Below are positions 27,912 through 38,444 of a stretch of 64,000 bases of DNA, in pieces. Origin of the DNA: Candidatus Aphodoplasma sp. GTDB taxonomy: Bacteria; Bacillota; Clostridia; UBA1381; UMGS1253. The translations under genes and the position numbers were made by a program. The notes under the pieces were generated by a model. It was not told the DNA's origin and did no database searches. It worked only from the letters and a program-made list of their open reading frames with translations. The stretch's first letter is position 1. Every line of letters begins with the position of its first letter. Location: positions 11,087 through 75,086 of the forward strand of contig JAZUQZ010000031.1 of the NCBI GenBank assembly GCA_045626925.1, written 5' to 3'.

Positions 27912-28178
27912 ATGTATCTTCATTTAGGCTCTGATGTTGTTGTTTCACAAAGTGAAATTATTGCAATTTTTGACCTTGATACAACATCTATTTCGAAGAT
28001 TACAAGAGATTTTTTAAACACCACACAAAAAGCAAATAAGGTAATAGATGTGAGCAGTCACGATTTGCCGAAAAGTTATGTATTATGTGGTAAAAAAGAT
28101 AGATTTAATATTTATATTTCTCCTTTGTCATCACAAACACTCTACAAGCGTGCTTCTGGTAAATTCAGGATTGAATAA
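27912..28178 (+). CDS. remB: DUF370 / RemB-like small protein
   Basis: 88 aa in the recF-gyrB position occupied by remB (yaaB) in B. subtilis; the N-terminus (LGSDVVVSQSEIIAIFDLD) is typical of DUF370. Confidence 0.7.
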   Translation: MYLHLGSDVVVSQSEIIAIFDLDTTSISKITRDFLNTTQKANKVIDVSSHDLPKSYVLCGKKDRFNIYISPLSSQTLYKRASGKFRIE

Positions 28179-28219
28179 ATTTATTATATTACCCTTGATA
28201 CAGAAAGGAAATGTAAAAA

Positions 28220-30133
28220 ATGATTGAAAACAATATTACAAACAATTATGATGAAAATCAAATACAAGTGCTTGAGGGACTTGAAGCAGTAAGAAAGCGT
28301 CCCGGCATGTATATCGGTTCGACATCGATTCGTGGCTTGCACCACCTTGTGTATGAAATTGTGGACAATGCTATTGATGAAGCGCTTGCAGGTTTTTGTA
28401 AAAATATTACTGTTACTATAGACAAGGGTAATATTATCACAGTAACTGATGATGGTAGAGGTATACCTGTTGGTATTCATCCAAAAATGGGTATATCGAC
28501 ACTTGAGGTTGTATTTACAATTCTTCACGCAGGTGGCAAGTTTGGCGGTGGAGGATATAAGGTGTCGGGCGGTTTGCACGGTGTTGGTTCGTCTGTTGTA
28601 AACGCACTTTCACAATGGCTTGAGGTTGAAGTATCAACCGGAGAAGATATATATTTCCAAAGATTTGAGCGTGGTAAAAGCTGTGGCAGTGCAAAAGTAA
28701 TTGGAAAGACCGACAAAACGGGCACAAAGGTTTCATTTTTGGCAGATGATACAATTTTTGAAACATTAGAATATGAATATGAGACACTACTTACTCGTCT
28801 TCGTGAGCAGGCATTTTTGAATGCAGGTATAAATATTGTATTTACTGACAATCGTACAGAAGAGCCTGTTATAAATACAATGCATTATGAGGGCGGTATT
28901 CGTGAATTTGTAAAGCATGTAAATCGTAAAAAGGTTGCAATACATGATGATGTTATATATTTTGAGGCACAAAAAAATGATGCCCAGGTAGAAATTGCAA
29001 TGCAATATACTGATAATTATAACGAAAATCTTATCAGCTTTGCAAACAATATAAACACAACCGAGGGTGGTACACATGAAATGGGCTTTAAGGCCGCTCT
29101 TACGAGAGTGTTTAACGACTATGCAAGAAAGTATAATATATTAAAAGAAAAAGACCAAAATTTATCCGGCGAGGATGTAAGAGAAGGACTTACTGCAATT
29201 ATAAGCGTAAAGGTTGTTGAGGCACAGTTTGAAGGACAAACAAAGACAAAGCTTGGTAATTCAGAAATAAGAGGCCTTGTTGATAAGGCTGTAAGTGACA
29301 AATTTACAGATTTTCTTGAAGAAAACCCACCAATAGCACGAATGATACTTGAAAAGTCGCTTACTGCAGCTCGTGCACGAGAGGCTGCACGAAAAGCGCG
29401 TGAAGCAACAAGAAAATCAAATTCGTTTGGCGATACTTCACTGCTTGGCAAGCTTGCGCGTTGCTCTGGCGATGACCCGGAAAAGAATGAAATTTATATC
29501 GTAGAGGGTGACTCGGCAGGTGGCTCGGCAAAACAAGGCCGTGACAGAAGCTTTCAGGCGATACTTCCTTTGTGGGGCAAGATGCTTAATGTTGAAAAAT
29601 CAAGAATCGACAAAGTATATGGAAATGAAAAGCTTTTGCCGATTATAATGTCGCTTGGTACAGGCATTGGTGATGATTTTGATATTACAAAGCTAAAATA
29701 TCACAAAATTATTATAATGGCCGATGCCGATGTCGATGGCTCACATATTCGTACGCTCTTGTTGACATTTTTCTTCAGACATATGCGTCCTCTTGTAGAT
29801 GCGGGGCATATATATCTTGCACAACCACCTCTGTTTAAAATTACAAAGGGTAAAACGGTAAAATATGTGTATAATGATGCTGACCTTTCAAAAGCGACAG
29901 AGGAGCTTGGTGGAAAGTGTGATGTGCAGCGTTATAAAGGTCTTGGTGAAATGACAGCGACACAGCTTTGGGAAACAACAATGAACCCGGAAACAAGAAC
30001 AATGCTTCGTGTAAATGTTGATGACGCAGTTTTGGCAGATGAGATGTTTACAGTGCTTATGGGCGACAATGTTGAGCCAAGACGCGAATTTATTGAAAAG
30101 AATGCAAGTCTTGTTACAAATCTTGATATTTAA
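28220..30133 (+). CDS. gyrB: DNA gyrase subunit B
   Basis: 637-aa GHKL ATPase plus Toprim translation ([42 protein letters not shown]). No gyrA follows. Confidence 0.97.
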   Translation: MIENNITNNYDENQIQVLEGLEAVRKRPGMYIGSTSIRGLHHLVYEIVDNAIDEALAGFCKNITVTIDKGNIITVTDDGRGIPVGIHPKMGISTLEVVFTILHAGGKFGGGGYKVSGGLHGVGSSVVNALSQWLEVEVSTGEDIYFQRFERGKSCGSAKVIGKTDKTGTKVSFLADDTIFETLEYEYETLLTRLREQAFLNAGINIVFTDNRTEEPVINTMHYEGGIREFVKHVNRKKVAIHDDVIYFEAQKNDAQVEIAMQYTDNYNENLISFANNINTTEGGTHEMGFKAALTRVFNDYARKYNILKEKDQNLSGEDVREGLTAIISVKVVEAQFEGQTKTKLGNSEIRGLVDKAVSDKFTDFLEENPPIARMILEKSLTAARAREAARKAREATRKSNSFGDTSLLGKLARCSGDDPEKNEIYIVEGDSAGGSAKQGRDRSFQAILPLWGKMLNVEKSRIDKVYGNEKLLPIIMSLGTGIGDDFDITKLKYHKIIIMADADVDGSHIRTLLLTFFFRHMRPLVDAGHIYLAQPPLFKITKGKTVKYVYNDADLSKATEELGGKCDVQRYKGLGEMTATQLWETTMNPETRTMLRVNVDDAVLADEMFTVLMGDNVEPRREFIEKNASLVTNLDI

Positions 30134-30142
30134 TCAATAAAC

Positions 30143-30177
30143 AAAAAAGAACCATACAGATGTATGGTTCTTTTTTG
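30143..30177. terminator. Bidirectional terminator (gyrB / TPM gene)
   Basis: aaaaaagaaccataca ga tgtatggttctttttt. Confidence 0.85.
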
Positions 30178-30186
30178 TTTATAAAA

Positions 30187-30936
30187 CTAAAATCCTCTCG
30201 AACTACCGCCGCCGCCAAAGCTGCCCCCGCCGCCGCCAAATCCGCCGCCAAACTTGCTACCACCATAGTGTGAGCTTGTGCCTTTGCCGAGAAGATATCC
30301 GCCCAAGAATGCGCCGCCACTGCCACCGCCTTTGTTTGATGTATTGATGAGAGAAACTATTATAAGTGCAGCAAATATTATAGTAACTATAATCGAGGCG
30401 ATATCTATATCGTCTTCTTCGTCCAAAACTGACAAATCAACGCTTTCGGGCACTTCAAGTCCGTACTCGTTATAAACTTCGGCCAAAACTGCTTTATATA
30501 AGTTTAAAATACCAGTGTCAAAGTCGTTATTTCTAAGGTGCGGCAAGGCATAATTATCCATAAGACGACCGGTTTTTGCATCGTTTAGTGCGCCTTCGAG
30601 TCCATAGCCTACCTCGATAGAGATTTTTCGTTCATCAAGCGCAACAAGTATGAGCACACCATTATCATCCTCGCCGCCGATTTTCCACTCACGAGCAAGC
30701 TCTATCCCATATTCGCGTTCGTTTTTGCCGCCCATATCGTTTACTGTTGCAACAACGATTTGCGCCTTTGTCTTTTCACACAATGTATTTGAATGGTTTA
30801 TTATATAGCCTTCTGTTTCATCAGACAAAAGATTTGCAAAATCGGCGGCATAAAACATATTGGTCGGTGCGGGAAGTGCACACACAAGAGTGCTTATGCA
30901 TAAAAGTATAGCTATAAGAAAAACAAGTTTTTTCAT
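30187..30936 (-). CDS. TPM-domain protein (YgcG-like) with a TM helix and glycine-rich C-terminal tail
   Basis: Signal/anchor sequence, then a TPM-like domain (FYAADFANLLSDETEGYI ... AQIVVATV ... DNGVLILVALDERKISIEVGYGLEG). A TM helix and a GGGSFGGGG tail follow. It sits downstream of lemA as in the common LemA-TPM pair. Confidence 0.75.
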   Translation of the reverse strand: MKKLVFLIAILLCISTLVCALPAPTNMFYAADFANLLSDETEGYIINHSNTLCEKTKAQIVVATVNDMGGKNEREYGIELAREWKIGGEDDNGVLILVALDERKISIEVGYGLEGALNDAKTGRLMDNYALPHLRNNDFDTGILNLYKAVLAEVYNEYGLEVPESVDLSVLDEEDDIDIASIIVTIIFAALIIVSLINTSNKGGGSGGAFLGGYLLGKGTSSHYGGSKFGGGFGGGGGSFGGGGSSRGF

Positions 30937-30969
30937 TTAAAATCCTCTCAATGTCGGTACAACTACTTA

Positions 30970-31533
30970 TTAGAAGTTTACCTGTGGAACGGTTTCGGCG
31001 CCTTCTGCCGCCTGGAAATAGTCTACAGGTGTAAAGCCAAACAAATTTGCAAAAATTACTCGCGGGAAAGTTTTAATCATTGTATTGTACGAATTTGCTG
31101 TGTCGTTATAGTCTTTTCGCGCAACGGCGATACGGTTTTCTGTGCCGGCAAGCTCATCTGTAAGAGCACTAAACTGTGTATCGGCCTTAAGTGCAGGATA
31201 ATTTTCTACAACAACTAACAATCTGCTGATTGCACTTGACAGTGCACTATCTGCCTCTGCTATATCTTTTGTTGAACTTGCACCACTGAGGCGTGCTCTT
31301 GCGTCAGCGATTTGCCCAAGAATTTCGCTTTCGTGGCTTGTATAGCCCTTTACAGTGTTTACAAGATTTGGTATAAGGTCATTTCTGCGTTGGAGCTGGG
31401 TATCTATAACTGAAAGCTGCTTGTTTACAGCTTCGCGTGCAGATACAAGCGAGTTGTAGCTCCCTGCAACAGAAAAACCGACAATAGCGACAACAACAAT
31501 TACTGCAATTAAAACAATAGTACCTTTTTTCAT
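30970..31533 (-). CDS. lemA: LemA family protein
   Basis: Start at 31533 (GAAAGGAAG RBS). N-terminal TM helix and LemA-typical sequence (YNSLVSAREAVNKQLSVIDTQLQRRNDLIPNLV). Confidence 0.85.
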   Translation of the reverse strand: MKKGTIVLIAVIVVVAIVGFSVAGSYNSLVSAREAVNKQLSVIDTQLQRRNDLIPNLVNTVKGYTSHESEILGQIADARARLSGASSTKDIAEADSALSSAISRLLVVVENYPALKADTQFSALTDELAGTENRIAVARKDYNDTANSYNTMIKTFPRVIFANLFGFTPVDYFQAAEGAETVPQVNF

Positions 31534-31640
31534 TTTATTACTTCCTTTCACGGCAAAACGCCAAAAAAATTTATGTATGCTATTTTATATATACCCAATT
31601 TTTAAACAAAAAAACAAAAATAAAAGAATATTTATAATTT

Positions 31641-31676
31641 GAAACGGACGGCATTATTATCTGCCATCCGCTTCTG
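31641..31676 (-). terminator. Probable terminator of the clpC operon
   Basis: Minus-strand hairpin gcggatggc ... gccgtccgt (contains G.U pairs) with a weak T tract. Confidence 0.45.
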
Positions 31677-31680
31677 TCTG

Positions 31681-34140
31681 TTATTTTATAACAAGCTCGC
31701 CATCTACAACATCTATTGTGATACTATCGCCTGATTTTATGTTGTTTTCAAGCATTTTCTCCGCAAGCAAATCTTCAATCCTTGACTGTATAGCGCGGCG
31801 GAGCGGTCTTGCACCGTATACGGGGTCAAAGCCTTCTTTTGCAATCTGTGTTATCGCCTCATCACTAAATTCTGCCGTGATGCCGTTTTCTGCAAGACGG
31901 TTTTTAAGTGTATCAAGCATAAGTGATGCGATTTTTTTGATTTCGTCCTCTCCAAGCTGATGAAATACTATTGTATCATCAATTCTGTTCAAAAACTCGG
32001 GTCTAAAATGTTTTTTAAGTTCGCCTAAAACATCATTTTTTATTTGTTCATATGTTTTGTTATCGCTATCGCTTGATGTCGAAAAACCAAGCTTTTGTCC
32101 TTTTTGTGCAGTAATAAGCCTTGCGCCGATGTTTGATGTCATAATAATAATTGTATTTCTAAAATCTACGCGCCTACCTTGCGAATCGGTCAAAATGCCA
32201 TCCTCAAGAATTTGTAAAAGAATATTAAACACATCGGGATGTGCCTTTTCAATTTCGTCAAAAAGTATTACACTATACGGTTTGCGACGCACTTTTTCAG
32301 TAAGCTGACCGGCGTCATCATAGCCCACATATCCCGGAGGCGAACCAACAAGTCGCGATACGGAGTGCTTTTCCATATATTCGCTCATATCGACGCGTAT
32401 CATATCGTCTTCAGAACCAAACATTGACTGTGCAAGCGCTTTTGAAAGCTCTGTCTTGCCGACGCCAGTCGGTCCAAGGAATATAAACGAGCCTATTGGG
32501 CGTTTCGGGTCCTTTAAACCAACGCGCCCGCGCCGTATTGCTTTTGCAACGGCTTGCACGGCTTCGCTTTGACCTATTACACGCTTGTGGAGTGTCTCTT
32601 CCATATTAAGAAGCTTTACCGATTCGTCGTTTGTAAGCTTTGATACGGGTATATTTGTCCACTCGGACACGATTGTTGCAATTTGCTCATAATCAACAGC
32701 CGTTTTTTCTGTTGCGTGCTCATCTTTCCATGCGTCCTGCTCTTTTTTAAGTGCCTCTTCCACTTGTTTTTCATCATCACGCAGCTTTGCAGCACGCTCG
32801 AAATCCTGCACGGCTACTGCGCTTTCTTTTTCAGCACATATCTTTTCAAGCTTTTCCTCAAGCTCTTTTATAGCAGGCGGAGCGGTAAGAGTACCAAGAC
32901 GCACCTTTGACGCCGCCTCGTCTATAAGGTCAATTGCCTTATCGGGCAAAAATCTGTCCGTAATATATCTTGTTGAAAGCTCGACTGCGGCTTTTATTGC
33001 TTCGTCGGTGATTTTTACGCCGTGATGTGCCTCGTACTTGTCGCGTATACCCATAAGAATTTGGACGCTTTCTTCTTGGGTGGGTTCGCCGACGGTAATC
33101 GGCTGGAAACGACGCTCGAGCGCAGAGTCTTTTTCGATATGTTTTCTGTATTCTTCAAGTGTTGTAGCACCAATCATCTGTATTTCGCCACGCGCAAGCG
33201 ATGGCTTTAAGATGTTTGAGGCGTCGATTGCGCCCTCTGCTGCACCTGCACCAATTATTGTATGCATTTCATCGATAAATAAAATCACATTCCCTGATTT
33301 TGCGACCTCTGTCATGGCGGTCTTAAGTCTTTCTTCAAACTCGCCTCTGTATTTTGCGCCGGCAATCATAGACGAAAGGTCAAGCGTAAACAAACGCTTA
33401 TCACGAAGCACCTCCGGCACATCGCCTGCGACTATTTTTTGTGCAAGACCTTCGATTACTGCTGTTTTGCCGACGCCAGGTTCGCCAATAAGGCAGGGGT
33501 TGTTTTTTGTTCGTCTTGATAAAATCTGAATAACGCGACTGATTTCCTTGTCACGCCCAATTACAGGGTCAAACTTACCCTCGGTTGCCATTTTTGTAAA
33601 ATCGCGCCCAAACTGGTCAAGTGTTGGCGTGTTTGTTTTTTTGTTTGGTGCGCCACCTTGTGACGAGGAGGGCATATCTGCTGAGCCGTTGCCTTGATAA
33701 TTTGACAGAGTTGCCATAATTTCTGCATAAAATGTTGCAAGCTCAAGCCCAAGCTCGCTCAAAATCTTTACTGCAACATTTTCTCCCTCGCGAATAATTG
33801 CTAAAAGCATATGCTCGGTACCGATATAATTGTGTGCCATTTTGCGTGCCTCGGCAAAGCTTAGCTCGATTATTCTTTTTGTGCGTGGCGTCATCATAAG
33901 CTGGGTCGATTTTGCAATTTCTTCCTTTTTGCCCATAAACTCAATGATTTTTTCCTTTACAATATCGTAGGTTATATCCTTTTGTGACAAAAGCTTGCCC
34001 GCAAGGGCGCTCTCATCACTACAAAGACCTGCAAGAATATGCTCTGTTCCAATATATCCGTGTCCGAGTTCGCACGCGGTTGCATGTGCACTGCGCAGCG
34101 CTTCCTGGGCTTTTTGTGTAAAACGATTTTCAAATGTCAT
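31681..34140 (-). CDS. clpC: ATP-dependent Clp protease ATP-binding subunit ClpC
   Basis: 819 aa with Clp_N repeats, two AAA+ modules ([16 protein letters not shown]) and a UVR-like linker. Last gene of ctsR-mcsA-mcsB-clpC. Confidence 0.97.
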   Translation of the reverse strand: MTFENRFTQKAQEALRSAHATACELGHGYIGTEHILAGLCSDESALAGKLLSQKDITYDIVKEKIIEFMGKKEEIAKSTQLMMTPRTKRIIELSFAEARKMAHNYIGTEHMLLAIIREGENVAVKILSELGLELATFYAEIMATLSNYQGNGSADMPSSSQGGAPNKKTNTPTLDQFGRDFTKMATEGKFDPVIGRDKEISRVIQILSRRTKNNPCLIGEPGVGKTAVIEGLAQKIVAGDVPEVLRDKRLFTLDLSSMIAGAKYRGEFEERLKTAMTEVAKSGNVILFIDEMHTIIGAGAAEGAIDASNILKPSLARGEIQMIGATTLEEYRKHIEKDSALERRFQPITVGEPTQEESVQILMGIRDKYEAHHGVKITDEAIKAAVELSTRYITDRFLPDKAIDLIDEAASKVRLGTLTAPPAIKELEEKLEKICAEKESAVAVQDFERAAKLRDDEKQVEEALKKEQDAWKDEHATEKTAVDYEQIATIVSEWTNIPVSKLTNDESVKLLNMEETLHKRVIGQSEAVQAVAKAIRRGRVGLKDPKRPIGSFIFLGPTGVGKTELSKALAQSMFGSEDDMIRVDMSEYMEKHSVSRLVGSPPGYVGYDDAGQLTEKVRRKPYSVILFDEIEKAHPDVFNILLQILEDGILTDSQGRRVDFRNTIIIMTSNIGARLITAQKGQKLGFSTSSDSDNKTYEQIKNDVLGELKKHFRPEFLNRIDDTIVFHQLGEDEIKKIASLMLDTLKNRLAENGITAEFSDEAITQIAKEGFDPVYGARPLRRAIQSRIEDLLAEKMLENNIKSGDSITIDVVDGELVIK

Positions 34141-34142
34141 AT

Positions 34143-35159
34143 TTATTCTCTCCCTTCAACCAAAACATTTCGAATCATGTCTGCACGCGCCTTGTCGCGC
34201 TCGACTGCATCAAGAGCCTTGCCGTTTTCAAGGCTTATATGTGCCGGCTCTGATTTTATCATAAGCTCTGTTATTGTTTGGTCATCTATACCTTTTATTA
34301 TACTCAAATTTATCCCAAGTTTTACCTGTGAAAGCAAATCTTCACATTCTGCGGACGAAAGCTTGCGCGCATATGTGAGCGTGCCAAGTGCGCGCCACAA
34401 AGAATCTGACAAATCATCGGGGTTATTTTCAAAAAGCTTTTTTCGAAGCTCTCGCTCTGTTTTTATAATTTGCGCAGCAACGCTTTTTAGCTTTTCACAA
34501 GTTTTTTCCTCGTTTATGCCAAGGGTAATTTGATTAGAAAGCTGATACAAATCGCCTTTTGAACCACTGCCCTCGCCATATATGCCACGGATTGTAAGCC
34601 CAAGCTTGCCCACTTCGCCAACAAGCGCATTCATTCTTTTTGTAATACGAAGCGCCGGCAAATGCAACATCACCGATGCCCGAAGTCCCGTTCCGACATT
34701 TGTCGGACAATGTGTAAGGTATCCAAATTGTGCATCAAAAGCAAAATCAAGTGATGAAGACAACTTGTCATCGAGTGCGTTTGCTTTTTCATAAGCCGCA
34801 TCTATATCAAAGCCAGGCATAATTACTTGGAGTCGGATATGGTCCTCCTCTCCAATCATAATGCTTGCATCATCACTTTGCGATATAAGAAGAGATTTGT
34901 TTTTGCCGTTTAGCATTTCGCGACTTATAATATGCTCCTCAACAAGAGCAACCTTATTAAGCTCGGGCGCATTATCGAGATTTAAAAACTCAAAACCGCT
35001 GCCGGCTGCAGCTTTTACTTTTTCTGTGACTTCTTTTGCGTTGTCATCACTCCATCGAGACGGAAACGGTATATCTGCAATATTTCTTGCAAGACGAATA
35101 CGAGTGCTTACGACGATGTCGCTGTCGCGTCCTTTTTTATTAAACCAATTATTCATCAC
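34143..35159 (-). CDS. mcsB: Protein arginine kinase McsB
   Basis: 338-aa guanidino-kinase-like translation ([20 protein letters not shown]) in the conserved operon position. Confidence 0.93.
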   Translation of the reverse strand: MMNNWFNKKGRDSDIVVSTRIRLARNIADIPFPSRWSDDNAKEVTEKVKAAAGSGFEFLNLDNAPELNKVALVEEHIISREMLNGKNKSLLISQSDDASIMIGEEDHIRLQVIMPGFDIDAAYEKANALDDKLSSSLDFAFDAQFGYLTHCPTNVGTGLRASVMLHLPALRITKRMNALVGEVGKLGLTIRGIYGEGSGSKGDLYQLSNQITLGINEEKTCEKLKSVAAQIIKTERELRKKLFENNPDDLSDSLWRALGTLTYARKLSSAECEDLLSQVKLGINLSIIKGIDDQTITELMIKSEPAHISLENGKALDAVERDKARADMIRNVLVEGRE

Positions 35160-35160
35160 A

Positions 35161-35535
35161 TTACGCCTCCTTTGCTTTAAGTGCGTTTATTTTGTCACGA
35201 AGGATTGCTGCGTTTTCAAAATCCTGACTTTCAATGGATTTTTTGAGCTCTTGCTCAAGCAATTCAAGCTCGCGCTTAATTTTAATTTTTTTATCTGCAT
35301 TTTTTGACACTTTGCCCGTATGCTCGGCGTTGCCGTGTGTGTTTTTTAACGCTTGGGCAAGATATGGTCTGAAAGCGTCATAGCACTTTGGGCACCCAAG
35401 CTTGCCCGTTTGTGAAAACTCTGCAAGGCTCATATGACATGCAGGGCAAACCTCGTTTGGAACAGTTTTGTGCGTTTTTGATACATAAACGGGAAAGCTG
35501 TCATCAAAAAAATCGGAAAACAAATCATACAACAT
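35161..35535 (-). CDS. mcsA: McsA (zinc-finger plus UVR domain activator of McsB)
   Basis: Start at 35535 (AAAGGAG RBS). CPACHMSLAEF...CPKCYDAF zinc fingers and a C-terminal UVR motif (LKKSIESQDFENAAILRDKINALK). Confidence 0.85.
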   Translation of the reverse strand: MLYDLFSDFFDDSFPVYVSKTHKTVPNEVCPACHMSLAEFSQTGKLGCPKCYDAFRPYLAQALKNTHGNAEHTGKVSKNADKKIKIKRELELLEQELKKSIESQDFENAAILRDKINALKAKEA

Positions 35536-35560
35536 AACAAAAACTCCTTTCAACCAAAGC

Positions 35561-36007
35561 CTATCTTACAAGGCTCATAAGCATATTCTTAAATGCAGCA
35601 GCGCGGTATGTGTCGCTTTCGGGGCGGCTAAAAGGAATCGCCCTGTCAGAAAGCACACTCTCCATCAAACCAAGCTCGCGTGCACTAATCACATCGGCCT
35701 GCACCATATTTACAAGCATCGCATGTACGCTTGCAAAGCTTATTGCATCGCCAATCGAGTTTACAACATGCATAAGATAGCTGCTGCCTGATACCTCGAC
35801 GCGCCTTATGCGTATAAATCCGCCGCCGCCACGCTGGCTTTCAACAATATATCCACGCTGGCCGGTAAAGCGCGTGTCGATAACATAGTTTATCTGTGAC
35901 GGTGCACATGAAAAGTGCGACGCAAGCTCATTTCTTTTTAGTGTGACATCGCTTTGCGTATCGAGCATGTCTAAAAGAAATCTTTCTATAATATCACTCA
36001 TCTTCAT
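35561..36007 (-). CDS. ctsR: Class III stress gene repressor CtsR
   Basis: Start at 36007 (GGTGG RBS). MKMSDIIERFLLDML ... VIESQRGGGGFIRI is typical CtsR. Confidence 0.93.
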   Translation of the reverse strand: MKMSDIIERFLLDMLDTQSDVTLKRNELASHFSCAPSQINYVIDTRFTGQRGYIVESQRGGGGFIRIRRVEVSGSSYLMHVVNSIGDAISFASVHAMLVNMVQADVISARELGLMESVLSDRAIPFSRPESDTYRAAAFKNMLMSLVR

Positions 36008-36045
36008 AAACATAACCACCTATTCCTGACAAAAATCGTCATTAT

Positions 36046-36069
36046 TTTTGACTTTGACTTTCTTTGACC
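36046..36069 (-). promoter_or_regulatory. CtsR operator (three heptad repeats)
   Basis: The minus strand reads GGTCAAA-gaa-AGTCAAA-GTCAAAA, matching the CtsR direct-repeat consensus (A/GGTCAAA N3 A/GGTCAAA). It lies just downstream of the -10. Confidence 0.9.
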
Positions 36070-36083
36070 TTTGGTTCAAATAC

Positions 36084-36112
36084 AGTATAGCACCATTATT
36101 TTTGCTTGTCAA
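36084..36112 (-). promoter_or_regulatory. sigma-A promoter of the ctsR operon
   Basis: Minus strand TTGACA (36112-36107), 17 nt, TATACT (36089-36084). Confidence 0.8.
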
Positions 36113-36243
36113 TACATAAATTTTAAATTTTTATATATTTTTTTAAAATTATGTGCTACAATGTATTTATTGTCTATAATATATGAAAAACAAAGGTGTT
36201 CTATAATGTAAAATAGTAAAAGCACCGATTTTGCATGTTTTTC

Positions 36244-36272
36244 TTGCATTTTTATGCAACATGTTGTATAAT
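36244..36272 (+). promoter_or_regulatory. argD-argF promoter with overlapping ARG-box-like palindrome
   Basis: The palindrome TTGCATTTTTATGCAA (36244-36259) has the TGNAT-W4-ATNCA architecture of ArgR/AhrC boxes. Its left arm doubles as the -35 (TTGCAT), followed by a 17-nt spacer and TATAAT (36267-36272). A half-site TTGCAT also lies at 36230-36235. Confidence 0.6.
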
Positions 36273-36294
36273 TATAAAACAAGGAGTGAATAAA

Positions 36295-37488
36295 ATGTTT
36301 AATGAAATTGTTGGATTTGATAAAAGCTATTATATGAATACCTTTGGGGACAGGCTTCCGGTATGTTTTGACAAAGGAAAAGGGATAGAGCTTTTTGATG
36401 TTAATGGTCAAAAATATACAGATTTTTTTGCAGGTATTGCAGTAAATGCACTGGGCTATTGTCACCCAAAATATGTAAACACAATATGTGACCAGGCGAA
36501 TAAACTTATGCACACATCTAGCCTGTATTATATAGAGCCACAGGCACGCCTTGCAAAAAAACTTGTAGAGCTTTCATGTGCAGACAGAGTATTTTTGGCA
36601 AATTCGGGCGCAGAAGCAAATGAAGGTGCGATAAAGCTTGCAAAAATTTATTTTTATAAAAAAGGGAAAACAGAAAAGACAGAGGTTATAACGCTTGTCG
36701 ATTCGTTCCATGGGCGCACACTTGCAACGGTTGCAGCAACAGGCCAAACAAAGTATCAAAAACCGTACAAACCACTTGCGCCGGGCTTTTCGCATGTACA
36801 GATAAACGATTTTGATGCGCTTTATAATGCAGTAAACGATAAAACAGCAGCGATTATGCTTGAGCTTATTCAGGGCGAAAGCGGCGTGCACGAATGTGAT
36901 ATGGAATACATAAAAAAGGTACGCAAACTCTGTGATGAAAAAGACATTATACTTATCGTAGATGAGGTTCAGACCGGAATAGGCCGTAGCGGCAAGATGT
37001 TTGCTTATGAAAACTTTGATATAGAGCCTGATATATTTACACTTGCAAAGGCGCTTGGTGGCGGTGTGCCGATTGGTGCAGTGTGTGCAAAGGAAAAGTT
37101 TTGCGCATTTGAGCCGGGCGACCATGGCTCGACTTTTGGAGGCAATCCGTTTTGTTCAGCGGCAGCGCTTGCGGTGCTTGATATTATAGAGGAAGAGGCG
37201 GTTGTTGAAAACGCCGACAAGGTCGGCACCTATTTTAAAGAAAAGCTTGATATGCTTGCAAAAAAATATCCAAGCACAATAAAGCAAGTGCGCGGACGCG
37301 GGCTTATGCTTGGCGTTGAGTATGCAGAGGGACTTTCTAAAAAGGTTAATGCGATGCTTTTTGAAAAACATATACTTTGTGGAAGCACAACAACAACTCT
37401 TCGAATTTTGCCGCCACTTATTATAACAAAAGCTGATGTTGATAAATTTATAGTTGCGCTTGATGAAGTGACTGCGCAGCTTTGCTAA
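36295..37488 (+). CDS. argD: Acetylornithine aminotransferase
   Basis: Start at 36295 (AAGGAG RBS). Class III PLP aminotransferase translation (SGAEANEGAIKLA, DEVQTGIGRSGKMFA, TFGGNP), adjacent to argF. Confidence 0.88.
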   Translation: MFNEIVGFDKSYYMNTFGDRLPVCFDKGKGIELFDVNGQKYTDFFAGIAVNALGYCHPKYVNTICDQANKLMHTSSLYYIEPQARLAKKLVELSCADRVFLANSGAEANEGAIKLAKIYFYKKGKTEKTEVITLVDSFHGRTLATVAATGQTKYQKPYKPLAPGFSHVQINDFDALYNAVNDKTAAIMLELIQGESGVHECDMEYIKKVRKLCDEKDIILIVDEVQTGIGRSGKMFAYENFDIEPDIFTLAKALGGGVPIGAVCAKEKFCAFEPGDHGSTFGGNPFCSAAALAVLDIIEEEAVVENADKVGTYFKEKLDMLAKKYPSTIKQVRGRGLMLGVEYAEGLSKKVNAMLFEKHILCGSTTTTLRILPPLIITKADVDKFIVALDEVTAQLC

Positions 37489-37512
37489 TAAAAATGACAA
37501 GGAGATATAATA

Positions 37513-38430
37513 ATGAAAGATTTTATAAGCTTGCATGATTGCACAAAAGAGCAAATCGAAAATATGTTAAAGCTTGCGCTAAAGCTTAAAGCCGAATTAA
37601 AAAGTGGCATAGCGCACCCGATATTGAGGGGCAAAACACTTGGTATGATTTTTACAAAATCATCAACACGCACACGCGTGTCGTTTGAGGTTGGCATGAC
37701 ACAGCTTGGTGGATATCCGCTGTTTCTGAGCTCTGCCGATATCCAGCTTGGCCGTGGCGAAAGTATATATGATACTGCAAATGTGCTTTCGAGATATCTT
37801 GATGGAATTATGATACGAACATATGCACATTCTGATGTTTTAGACCTTGCAAAATATTCAACGATACCGATTATCAACGGTTTAACAGACTTACTACATC
37901 CGTGCCAGGTGCTTGCAGATTTGCAAACTACATATGAGCACAAGGGTAAGCTTGAGGGGTTAAAGCTTGCATACCTTGGAGACGGAAACAATATGGCACA
38001 TTCGCTTTTGTATGGATGTGCAAAGGTTGGTATGGATGTTGCAGTTGCAACACCGACGGGATATATGTGTGATGCTGAAGTTGTAGAAAATGCAAAATCA
38101 GATGCAAAAAAGAGTGGTAGCAGCGTAATCATAACAAACGACCCGACAGAAGCTATTTCAAATGCTGATGTCGTTTATACAGACACATGGGTAAGCATGG
38201 GACAGGAAAGCGAAAAAGAAGAAAGGCTTAAAATATTTACGCCATATCAGGTTAATAAGGAGCTTTTTGCAAAAGCGAAAAGCGATGCGATATTCATGCA
38301 TTGTTTGCCTGCATATCGTGGCTTTGAGGTAACAGAAGATGTAATCGATGGCAAAAACTCTGTGATATTCGACGAAGCAGAAAACAGACTTCATGCACAA
38401 AAGGCAGTATTGGCAACATTTATGGCATAA
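37513..38430 (+). CDS. argF: Ornithine carbamoyltransferase
   Basis: STRTRVSFE, HPCQVLADL and HCLPAYRG motifs; 305 aa. Confidence 0.93.
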   Translation: MKDFISLHDCTKEQIENMLKLALKLKAELKSGIAHPILRGKTLGMIFTKSSTRTRVSFEVGMTQLGGYPLFLSSADIQLGRGESIYDTANVLSRYLDGIMIRTYAHSDVLDLAKYSTIPIINGLTDLLHPCQVLADLQTTYEHKGKLEGLKLAYLGDGNNMAHSLLYGCAKVGMDVAVATPTGYMCDAEVVENAKSDAKKSGSSVIITNDPTEAISNADVVYTDTWVSMGQESEKEERLKIFTPYQVNKELFAKAKSDAIFMHCLPAYRGFEVTEDVIDGKNSVIFDEAENRLHAQKAVLATFMA

Positions 38431-38444
38431 TATGGAGGAAAAAA

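Noticed and set aside
30187-30330. Repetitive GGN/GCC tract on the plus strand near 30190-30330
   Set aside because: It is the reverse complement of the Gly-rich C-terminal tail (GGGGSFGGGG) of the TPM protein. It is coding low complexity, not a structural repeat.
36109-36513. 134-aa minus-strand ORF across the ctsR/argD intergenic region
   Set aside because: It covers two promoters, the CtsR operator and the 5' end of argD. The translation is low-complexity and AT-driven with no RBS, so it is a shadow ORF.
37485-38132. 215-aa minus-strand ORF antisense to argF
   Set aside because: It is fully contained in the well-supported argF frame. The Ser/Pro/Cys-rich composition is typical of antisense shadows. 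The same applies to 39419-40075, 43358-43903, 33038-33529 and 53907-54461.
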